Source: a virus (taxonomy: Duplodnaviria > Caudoviricetes). From it: 64,000 nt of DNA. The stretch covers positions 1 to 64,000 of IMG/VR virus record IMGVR_UViG_3300031992_000031; one strand, 5' to 3'. Below are positions 25,348-34,426 of this stretch, in pieces (positions within the stretch are counted from its first letter, which is position 1; the number at the start of each line of letters is the position of its first letter). The notes beneath the pieces were generated by a model. The model was not told the DNA's origin. It searched no databases and saw only the letters and a program-made list of their open reading frames with translations. A program made the position numbers and the translations under genes.

Positions 25348-26676
25348 ATGGCAATTGGCACCGGAGAAAAAATATTATATTCTGATTTAGCATCAAAGTA
25401 TAATAGTTTTAATTCTTTTATTGCTACATATGGAGGCGAAATTACTACCTTAGTATTGCCCTAGACTGGCTAGCCCGCACACGCGTCTGATATTAATAAT
25501 TTGAATGATAAAATTGAAGAATTTCAATTTGATACTTTTTTAAGTACTCAACCAACTTGGTGGGTAAGTGGTTCAGTTACTATTGGTGAATTGATTGCGG
25601 CATCAAACATGGACAATATAAATACTACTATAAGTAATTTTAGTAGAGTGCAATGCCGTAATGCTGATGCTAGACATTCTTATTCTACTAATAGTAATGC
25701 CTGTAATCCTTAGACATGTAGTACAGAAGCATGTTCGCATCAATGCACTGGATAGTCTTGTAGTCGTCAATGTAGTATAACATGTAGTCATACATGTACT
25801 GCTCAGGCATGTAGTCGTTAGTGTTCTATTACATGCAGTAATAAATGTACGGCTTAGGCTTGCGGTCGGACTTGTAGTATTACCTGCAGTCACAAATGCA
25901 CGGCTTAGGCGTGTGGTAGAACTTGTAGTATAACATGTAGTAATAAATGTACCGCTCAAGCTTGTGGTAGAACCTGTAGTATTACTTGTAGTAATAAATG
26001 TACTGCTTAGGCTTGCAGTAGAACCTGTAGTAGAACATGTAGTAATACATGTGCAGCTTAGGGTGTATGCAATAAAAACTGCAGTTAGGCTTGTGGCCAT
26101 GTTACTAATGGATCATGGAAATGTAATTCTTATGGCTCATATCGTGGCTATCAAAATTGTCCTAATGGAGCAAGAACTAATACATGTGGTGCATAGGCTT
26201 GCTCTCATGGAAGCAACTCTGTTGCTTGTAACAATTCTTCTCATTCATAGAGTGGGCATACACATGGCACAAATAGTAATGCTTGCAACAATTCTTCTCA
26301 TTCATAGGGTGGACATACACATGGTACAAATAGTAATGCGTGTAATAATTCGTCTCATTCATAGGGCGGACATACACACGGAACTAATAGTAATGCTTGC
26401 AACAATTCTTCTCATTCATAGGGCGGGCATACCCACGGAACTAACAGTAATTCCTGTAATAATTCTTCCCATACTCAAGGTGGGCATACTCATGGGACAA
26501 ATAATAATGCTTGTAATAATTCGTCTCATACCTAGGGCGGGCATACTCATGGAACAAATAATAATGCTTGTACATATAGTTCTCATAATAATACTAACTG
26601 TGCTCATAGTACGCACGGATAGACCTGTAAACATTAGACCTATATTGATATAAGTAATGCACATACTAATCTTTGA
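25348..26676 (+). CDS. Cys/His-rich repeat protein (442 aa), putative substrate of YcaO/radical SAM enzymes; TAG=Gln
   Basis: GAGGAG RBS; single frame with TAG alternating with CAG/CAA in repeat copies. Confidence 0.85.
25771..26060 (+). repeat. 51-nt tandem coding repeat (CSITCSNKCTAQACGRT, about 5-6 copies)
   Basis: Repeated TGTAGTATAACATGTAGT...TGTACTGCT(C/T)AGGC units. Confidence 0.85.
26227..26570 (+). repeat. 57-nt tandem coding repeat (CNNSSHSQGGHTHGTNSNA, about 6 copies)
   Basis: Repeated TGTAA(C/T)AATTC.TCTCATTCATAGGG.GG.CATAC.CA.GG.AC units. Confidence 0.85.
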
Positions 26677-26688
26677 GGTAAATTGAAT

Positions 26689-28050
26689 ATGATAAATTTT
26701 AATAGTCAACGTTCCACCGCCGTTGTTTATAGTTGCGGTGTTTGTAATCTAAATTGTAGATATTGTACAATTGATAAAAATCCTGTATTAAAAGATATAG
26801 ATAATGAATTAGAAGAAAGTTTTAAGGGTGATTATTATTTTAATCGTATTAAAGAATACTTTCCACGTTATGATCAATTACATAGATTAGAAACTTGGGG
26901 AGGCGAACCTTTTTTACGTATGGACCGTGTTTATCCACTAGTACATAAATTAATTGAGCATTATCCTTATTTTAATGAAATGTTTTCTTCTACTAATTTT
27001 TCATATGATTCTTGGTTAGATCAATTTATGGGACTAATGAGAGTATTTGAACAATACCCATACAGAGAATTTAAATATGAATTACAGCTTTCAGTGGATG
27101 GCCCTCCTTATATTAATGATACTAATAGAGGTGCGGGCGTAACTGAAAGATGTATTAAAAATTTTGATAAGTTGATTAATATTATCAAAGAAGGAAAATT
27201 CCCTAAAAACGTAGTTTTAGATATGTATATAAAGGGAACATGGGATATTGAAGCAATTCATCGTTTAAATGATAAAGGAAAATTAATTGAATTTTTTCAA
27301 TTTTATGAACAGACATATTTATTAAAAGCAAGTGAATTAAATAAACCTAATATCATTGTCGGATGCGGAATTCCCAATGTAGCTATTCCATCACCAGTAA
27401 CAAAGCATGATGGAGAAGTATTTGCGGAATTAGTAAAAAAATGTAGAGAAATAGAAGAAGAAAATCTCACGCACCATTATTTTAAATTGTATGATCGTAT
27501 TACGCCATTTACTGGAAAATTCTGTAGTAATTATGGTGCTATGTGTGATGATTGCTTTGGCTGCGGATCGGGAGGCTGCATGGTAGGATTTTTACCTAAT
27601 AATATGGTATCAGCTTGTCATGAAGGATTTACTTTGCTTGTAGATAACTATAAAAAATTTGCAATGAAACGCTCTGATGAAAATCTTAGTGTTAATTTAA
27701 ATAAATTTTTTGAATTAAATACAACTCCGATGTGTTTGACTGATGAAGGGTACGTTGAACACGAAAGGAAAATGGATTTTATCAGCAATTCGTCTCCTGT
27801 TCAAGTCGCTAACACTGTTTTACTCATTATGACTCTAGCTATGAGCGGATTAGTGGATCAAAAGTATATTAATGAAGGTATGGCTTTATTCGCGGCAAAA
27901 ACAATATTAGTTAATTCATCATATTGTATTAAAGCTAATTATGCAATGACCGGTTCATTTATTCTAGAGCCTACTGATACTTATATTTTATTACTTAATG
28001 GAGCATTAGAATATATAAATGGAGGAGAAGATAATGAGTGTACTTGCTGA
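26689..28050 (+). CDS. Radical SAM enzyme with Cys-rich (SPASM/twitch-like) C-terminal region
   Basis: CNLNCRYC motif; WGGEP; LSVDGP; CGSGG...SACH. Confidence 0.9.
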   Translation: MINFNSQRSTAVVYSCGVCNLNCRYCTIDKNPVLKDIDNELEESFKGDYYFNRIKEYFPRYDQLHRLETWGGEPFLRMDRVYPLVHKLIEHYPYFNEMFSSTNFSYDSWLDQFMGLMRVFEQYPYREFKYELQLSVDGPPYINDTNRGAGVTERCIKNFDKLINIIKEGKFPKNVVLDMYIKGTWDIEAIHRLNDKGKLIEFFQFYEQTYLLKASELNKPNIIVGCGIPNVAIPSPVTKHDGEVFAELVKKCREIEEENLTHHYFKLYDRITPFTGKFCSNYGAMCDDCFGCGSGGCMVGFLPNNMVSACHEGFTLLVDNYKKFAMKRSDENLSVNLNKFFELNTTPMCLTDEGYVEHERKMDFISNSSPVQVANTVLLIMTLAMSGLVDQKYINEGMALFAAKTILVNSSYCIKANYAMTGSFILEPTDTYILLLNGALEYINGGEDNECTC

Positions 28051-29446
28051 AAATAAAATTCAATATCAAAAAGAGCAAGATCAGATACTAAAAACAATAT
28101 TGGATTATCGTTTTTTTAAACCGTGGAATAATATTGAGCAAATGGTTAATGACGCCGCGCTAAGAAACGATTCTAATTTAGAATTATTTATAAGCGGAAC
28201 CTGTAATCAACATTGTGATTATTGTTATTTATATAAGCATAAGGGCTTATATCCTCCTGAGTGTGATAACCCAGAACAGATTTTAAAAAATTTAAAAATA
28301 TTATATGACTATATTTTAGTTAATGATTATAATATTCCTGTTATTGATATATTTTCTGGCGAGATCTGGCATACTCAATTTGGTCTTGACATTTTACAAA
28401 TTACATTAGATTATATAAAAAAGGGAATGAAAGTAGAACAAATTTTAACTACCACTAATGGATATTTCCTTTCTAATGATATTAGTTTCCAAAAAATTCA
28501 ATCTTATATTAATCAATTTAATAATATAGGTTGCCCATTAGTATTTTCACTATCTATTGATGGTAAAATACTTGATAATGAATTTCGCGCTCGAAATAAT
28601 GGAATTGAATATGATGATAATTTTTATGATCATGTATTTAGTTTTTGTCGAGAAAATAATTTTCTATTTCATCCTATGGTATCTTCTAAAAACGTATTTA
28701 AATGGAAAGAAAATTATGAGTGGTGGAAAAAACAACTTAATTATTATAATTTTGATTTTAGTGCTATTATGACATTAGAAGTCCGCGATGCTGATTGGAC
28801 TGCAGAATCTATTAAAGCTTATTGTGAATTTAATAATTATCTAATTGATGACTTTATTAAAAATTATTGTCATAATAGTATTGAAACATTTGCTAAGGCA
28901 ATTACTGGAGTCCGTAAAACAAATGAAGTCCCCGATGTTGGAGGCTATCATCCTTGGACAATTGGGCCGGTTGACTCTTTTTTAGGATGTACCGTTTCAA
29001 ATCATTTAACTGTTCGAGTAGGAGATTTAGCAATTTGTCCATGTCATCGTACAGCATATAAAGAATATCTTTATGGATATTTTGTGGTTGAAAACGATCA
29101 AATCGTAGATATTAAATCTGAAAATCCATTAATGGCTATGAAAATTTTGATGGGGAATTTAAAATCAACAACTCCATTATGTACATATTGCATTTATAAT
29201 GATATATGCTTACATGGATGCTTAGGCAGTCAATTAGAAACTATGCATGATCCATTTTTCCCAATTGATAATGTCTGTAAATTATTTAGAGCGAAATATC
29301 ATAATTTGTTAAAATATTATAGACAATTAGGAGTAATTGATTATTTAAAACAAATTCCTATATCAGAAATAGATAATGAGCAAGCAAAGTTTATTGTAAA
29401 TATTGATAAATTAGACAGAGAGGTGTATCCAGACGATGTGGAATAA
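28034..29446 (+). CDS. Radical SAM/SPASM peptide maturase
   Basis: CNQHCDYC motif; SLSIDG; C...GDLAICPCHR...CTYC...CLHGCLG...C auxiliary cysteines. Confidence 0.9.
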   Translation: MSVLAENKIQYQKEQDQILKTILDYRFFKPWNNIEQMVNDAALRNDSNLELFISGTCNQHCDYCYLYKHKGLYPPECDNPEQILKNLKILYDYILVNDYNIPVIDIFSGEIWHTQFGLDILQITLDYIKKGMKVEQILTTTNGYFLSNDISFQKIQSYINQFNNIGCPLVFSLSIDGKILDNEFRARNNGIEYDDNFYDHVFSFCRENNFLFHPMVSSKNVFKWKENYEWWKKQLNYYNFDFSAIMTLEVRDADWTAESIKAYCEFNNYLIDDFIKNYCHNSIETFAKAITGVRKTNEVPDVGGYHPWTIGPVDSFLGCTVSNHLTVRVGDLAICPCHRTAYKEYLYGYFVVENDQIVDIKSENPLMAMKILMGNLKSTTPLCTYCIYNDICLHGCLGSQLETMHDPFFPIDNVCKLFRAKYHNLLKYYRQLGVIDYLKQIPISEIDNEQAKFIVNIDKLDREVYPDDVE

Positions 29447-29744
29447 TGCAAATGAAATTTTTCCTACGGGTTTTTCACCAGATATAAATGGAATAATTTA
29501 TAGTAATGATAGACTACCTGAAAGTGGTATAGAATTTATTAGGTGTGTAAAACCGAAATTCGCGCGTAAAATGCTCATTCAAGAAAACTCTCAAATTTGG
29601 GGATCTGAAGGATAGTACGCTGAAGCAATAGACTATAATATATATTCACAAACTTTCCATCCAGATGATAAATGGCTTCCGTTAAGTGTTTATGGGCAAT
29701 CAATGATTAATAATTATTTATATTTCCATGACATGGATGCTTAA
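29436..29744 (+). CDS. Hypothetical protein ending the operon; TAG=Gln
   Basis: GAGG RBS; overlaps radical SAM stop; one TAG. Confidence 0.55.
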
Positions 29745-29765
29745 ATTGCAGCGTTTGCTGCATAT

Positions 29766-29836
29766 GCGTCATTGGTGTAATGGTAACACGTGTGCCCTCC
29801 AAGCATACGTTGACAGTTCAAATCTGTTATGACGCT
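29766..29836 (+). tRNA. tRNA-Gly(TCC)
   Basis: GCGTCAT/ATGACGC acceptor; loop CCTCCAA. Confidence 0.8.
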
Positions 29837-30456
29837 CTTAGGTTCTTCTCTTAACCTATCGCGACAATAGAGAAGCGGCATGAAAGCGCCGTATAAGTAC
29901 TTCGGGCACCGATACTATGTCTTAGCTTGCCTAGGAAAGTAAAGTATCCGACGAGTTATAACGTCCGTAAAAGTGATATAACCGTATTAATGCCACGTAT
30001 GCGCATTCGCAGTACCGCTAAGGCGTTATAGAGCGGCGTAAGGCGACACGAGACATCGCTGGCGTAAGTAGGAATTGCGAGCCTATAAGCGCCGATTCCC
30101 GCATTTCTGGCGACCCATCGCAAATGGCTAGCAGGATTTGCGGGAATTTTTTTATTTGACTTTTTCTTTAATTTCATATATAATATCTATGAAAGGAGCG
30201 AGAAAATGAAATTTATAGTTGATCAGATGCCAGAGCATAAAGATGACTGTCCATTCGCAAGATGGGAATCATATCCGCCATGTGTGGAAAAAATTGGTGA
30301 TTGGTATTGTAGTTTTAGAAATCGTAAATTATGTGATTTAGAAGAAAATGAATGTAAATGGTTAAAAGAATATAAATCATAATAAGATTTTTATTTGACT
30401 TTTTATTAAATTTAGTATATAATATATGTAGATAAAGAGAAAAGGAGATTTTAATT

Positions 30457-30648
30457 ATGGAACGTATCAAAATGATCTACAATTTTAATGAAGGTGACAA
30501 AGAATCCTACGATGAAAAGACAGTTTCTGTTGTTCGCAATAGCGTAGAAGGGCTTCATGACTATGACGTATGCGAAATGTTTATGGATTTCATGAATTCA
30601 ATTGGATTCTCGGAAGAAAATATTTTTAGATACTTTAAGGAAGAATAA
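30457..30648 (+). CDS. Hypothetical protein
   Basis: AAGGAG RBS; upstream promoter. Confidence 0.6.
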   Translation: MERIKMIYNFNEGDKESYDEKTVSVVRNSVEGLHDYDVCEMFMDFMNSIGFSEENIFRYFKEE

Positions 30649-30652
30649 ATAT

Positions 30653-30681
30653 TTGACTTTCAATATAATTTCTGATATAAT
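30653..30681 (+). promoter_or_regulatory. Sigma-A promoter for an RNA cluster
   Basis: TTGACT-17-TATAAT with TG. Confidence 0.7.
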
Positions 30682-30733
30682 AATTATGTTGAAAGGCGAT
30701 GGGAACTATTTCAATGGTGAGAAGTTCTCATAT

Positions 30734-30806
30734 CGAACACTAGCTCAGTAGGCAGAGCAGCATCCTTATAAGTTGCGTGTGCCTGGTTCAAATCCAGGGT
30801 GTTCGA
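30734..30806 (+). tRNA. tRNA-Ile(TAT)
   Basis: CGAACAC/GTGTTCG acceptor; loop CTTATAA; canonical D and T arms. Confidence 0.75.
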
Positions 30807-30953
30807 CTATAAACCGAGTGCCTGTGGGCTCTCATTTCCAGAGAGCAGTCGCTCTAAACCCAGATGAAGCACAAAGACTCCGTAGTCCAGAGCGAGGACA
30901 TCCCTTTGGAGTTTGCCGGATTTACATTTTTGCGGTTTACCGGTATATTTATA

Positions 30954-31016
30954 TAGGCACACGCAGCAAACTTTTTTGAACAATTGTCTGTTAAACAATC
31001 AAGTTTATAGTGCCTA
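30954..31016 (+). ncRNA. CAGCAA stem element copy 1
   Basis: TAGGCAC-ACGCAGCAAA...GTGCCTA. Confidence 0.55.
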
Positions 31017-31468
31017 GTTTCCCAATAAGGCAGCATGGAGTAGCGCGAAACGAAGTGCTTGAGGGACGGGAACCACCATCTATGGGCCCGCAAGTAAAGA
31101 TAGATGGCGTATGAGAGAAGGAATATCTAGACTCCCCACTCGGCTAAACGGAATAGCAAAAGGTGACGGCTAGATCGCAAAGATTTTATCGGTTATTCAT
31201 AGTGCGTAAGATTATGGCAAACCGAGATAGCTATCGCTCGGAGAGACCGAGGATAAATAATCAAGCCCATTCTATGAAATGGTACAGCGCAAAGTTAGTA
31301 GATGACCGCTGGTATTGATTGGCGCTTTATAAAAGAGGATTAAATCGAAGGTTATTGCTCGAAAACCGCAGGGAGGAGTGGAGCTCCTCACCGGTCAGTA
31401 AACTGGAATAGATGGTTCGATTCCATATGCGGCGTACCGATATAAAGTTCGGAGTAGAGCAATTTTAT

Positions 31469-31539
31469 GCACCATTGATGTAGTGGCAACATAGCACGTT
31501 GCCAACGTGTTTTCACCAGTTCAAATCTGGTATGGTGCT
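31469..31539 (+). tRNA. tRNA-Gly(GCC)
   Basis: GCACCAT/ATGGTGC; loop TTGCCAA. Confidence 0.85.
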
Positions 31540-31543
31540 CTTA

Positions 31544-31668
31544 TAGACACATACAGCAAACCTTTTTCTAATGATGATTGAGGATCCGTGTGTTACAAGT
31601 TCGAACCTTGTCTAGCGCATCGCGCTAGTAGCTCAATTGGTAGAGCGACGTACTATTGAATGTGTCTA
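31544..31668 (+). ncRNA. Y RNA (YrlA)-like RNA: CAGCAA stem enclosing a circularly permuted tRNA domain
   Basis: TAGACACA...TGTGTCTA stem; T arm precedes closed acceptor hairpin CTAGCGC-ATC-GCGCTAG and D arm. Confidence 0.65.
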
Positions 31669-31900
31669 GTTTTTCCGCTTGATCAGCGGTGTCCGACAAC
31701 TGGACAATGTTACAAGAAGTTGTAGCCGGTAGCGCAGGGTTGATCTGCGTAGAGGGACAGTATTTTGTATGAGTGTCTTGGGTTCGAATCCCACACTGGC
31801 GGGAATAGTCCTGCTGGTGAGCTATGGAGCGGCTATACAAGTATTGATTTAGCTAATCTTACCTCGGTTAACTTGATAGCTACAAGTTAACCTTTTATAT

Positions 31901-31973
31901 CGCACGGTCGTCTAAAGGCTTAGGACGTTTGGCTCATAACCAAAGAATACGGGTTCGATTCCCGTCTGTGCAA
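31901..31973 (+). tRNA. tRNA-Met(CAT), initiator-like
   Basis: TTTGG-CTCATAA-CCAAA; C1:A72 mismatch. Confidence 0.75.
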
Positions 31974-32091
31974 CTTTGACTTAGGGTATCCCGCCTGAGT
32001 CATCATAAGTGTATTTGCCTGACTCGCCATCAGGCGCAATTCAGCGGTATAGAAATATACCGCTATTTGGTGTATAAAGGAGGATAATTAA

Positions 32092-33786
32092 GTGAGAGCA
32101 GCAGCTTATAGTGGTACCCGTAATATTTATTAGCAAATGCTAACCGCCGCAAAATCTCTATTAATGCATTCAAATGTTGAAAAAATATATTTTTTAATTG
32201 AAGATGATGAATTTCCCTATGAAATTCCACCAGAAATTGAATGTATAAATATAAGCAATTAGACATATTTTCCCGCAGATGGACCAAATTTTAAAAACGT
32301 ATTAACATATATGGTGCTTATTCGCGCGGCTTATACAAAAATATTTCCAGATTTAGATAGAATATTAAGTATAGATATGGATACCGTGATAAATGAAAAT
32401 ATATCTGATTTATGGGATTTAGATTTAACTAATTATTATATCGCAGCAGTAGAAGAAGCGGAATTAACAAAATCAGAAGGTTCATATTTTAATATGGGCG
32501 TTGCTATGATGAATTTACAGAAAATACGCGCCGATAAAAAAGATGATGAAATAATTAATGCTTTAAATACCTATTGGTATAGGTATAAAGAATAGGATTG
32601 TTTTAATGAATTTTTTCGAGGTCATGCTTTAATTCTTCCAAGTGATTATAATTGTTGTTATTAGGCTAACCCGCCCAAGCATGAAAAAATTACACATTTT
32701 GCTGGCTTGTATAAATTAGAACAATTCCCTCATTTTAATTATTATAAAAATTTAACGAATGATTTTCCTCGTAATGTAACGGATAATATTACACTTGATA
32801 TAATTATTCCTACTTATAAGAATAAAAAAGGATTAAGACGGACACTTAAATCAATTCCTTCTAATCCAAATGTTAATGTTATTGTAATAGATGATTGTTC
32901 TAATTTAGAATATGATGATATATTAAAAGAATATCCTTCATTAATATTCTATTAGCTAGAAAAAAATAGTGGCCCAGGAATGGCCCGTCAATATGGACTA
33001 GACCATAGTAATGGAACTTATATTACGTTTTTAGACACTGGAGATTATTTTTATGAAGATGGCCTTGACACCATCATGCGGGCTATAAATGAAAATACTT
33101 ATATTAAATTATATACTTTTTCTTATGTATATGATGATAAGAATATTTTAAGCGACCAACCAGATGATAAAACGATTGGTTCTGTTTATAAACGTTCATT
33201 TATTGAAATGTATAATATTCATTTTAATAAAAAAGGCTCATATGCGAATGAAGATTATGGCTTCAGCCGTGCTTGTAATTTAATATTAGATGATTGGTAG
33301 AGATATTTCTTTTCAGACGCGCGAAAACATATAAAAATACCAGTATTTTATGAGCATATTGATAAAAATTCATTAACAAAGGCTAATAATGATGAATTCT
33401 TTTATACACAACTTAGTCCTGGAATTATTATCAATGGTGTACATGCCATTAAAATAGCTGAAAAAGCAAAAGTAAAAACTGAATATTTATTAGAAGAATA
33501 TAATTATATTATGGCACAAGAATATTTTTTCTTCTTGTGTAATTTGTATGAGCGTCCAGAATTAGTTGATGATACATGGCAAACTATTCGTGATTTTTAT
33601 TTTAATCATTATCGTATTTATAGTAAATTCGCAATAAGAGATTTGCCGCAAAGATATGCTCAAGTCACTTTACCTAAAATTCATTCTCGTATGAAAAAAT
33701 GGGATAGAATGGCTCGTCCAAATATCATACGATTTATAAACGAATTAGAAACAGAATTATTTACTCCATCATATTATTTTCAATGA
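32092..33786 (+). CDS. Glycosyltransferase GT8-GT2 fusion; TAG=Gln
   Basis: ORFs 32311, 32707, 32980 and 33511 in one frame; SIDMD..YFNMGV (GT8) then IIIPTY...VIDDCS...GPGMARQYGL...FLD (GT2). Confidence 0.8.
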
Positions 33787-33803
33787 AATGATAAATAAAA
33801 TAT

Positions 33804-33832
33804 TTGACTTTTTATTAAATTTAAGTTATAAT
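33804..33832 (+). promoter_or_regulatory. Sigma-A promoter
   Basis: TTGACT-17-TATAAT. Confidence 0.7.
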
Positions 33833-33863
33833 ATTTATGTTGAGAGGGAGAAATCCCTCATAT

Positions 33864-33982
33864 GGCCCGGTAGCTCAGTTGGCAGAGCATGCGGCTGGTC
33901 CGATACGTTCGGTCTTAGATAGGTTCAACTCCTATATCGGAAATTAACCGCAGTGTCCTAGGTTCGAGCCCTAGTCGGGCCG
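33864..33982 (+). tRNA. tRNA-Asn(GTT) interrupted by a 46-nt insert in the anticodon
   Basis: GGCCCGG/TCGGGCC-G; TGCGG-CTG[33898-33943]TTAA-CCGCA. Confidence 0.75.
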
Positions 33983-34077
33983 CTCGTGCTTTGATGACCA
34001 AATGTAGCTTGGCAGTAAATAAACATTAATGCAGATGTGGGGTTATGATGAAAGCCTTTACCTTAAAAGACTATTAT

Positions 34078-34154
34078 GCCCGATTGGTGTAATAGGTTAG
34101 CACAGCACCCTTTCAAGGTGCAGACGTGGAGTTCAAATCTCCCATCGGGTACCA
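34078..34154 (+). tRNA. tRNA-Glu(TTC)
   Basis: GCACC-CTTTCAA-GGTGC; encoded CCA. Confidence 0.8.
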
Positions 34155-34426
34155 GTACGCCAGGATGCACGGCGTGTAATAAATGCAATCCACCGTTAAC
34201 ACGGATTTAGCACTTCAACTACCACCGGCATGAAACCTGCCGCGAAAGCAATTAAGTACGCTTGATAACAAGCGGGCAGATCAGTAGTGATATGTGGCAT
34301 AAGCGGAAAACGGTATATAAAGAAGCGAAGTAAAGTGCACTTAGGGTAGCATCGGAGTAATTAACCGATGAGATAATGCGCTCCATCGCAAGCCTAATTT
34401 TAAATATAATCTATGGAGGGATTATT

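Noticed and set aside
25771-26570. Possible CRISPR array
   Set aside because: Units are contiguous 51- and 57-nt coding repeats with synonymous variation and no unique spacers
25964-26653. 229-aa hydrophobic ORF in the supplied track (and reverse ORF 25603-26100)
   Set aside because: Shadow frames of the Cys/His repeat gene; the RBS-bearing frame starts at 25348 and is broken only by TAG
33898-33943. Group I intron in tRNA-Asn (and tRNA-Gln)
   Set aside because: 46 and 86 nt are too short and no catalytic core elements are visible
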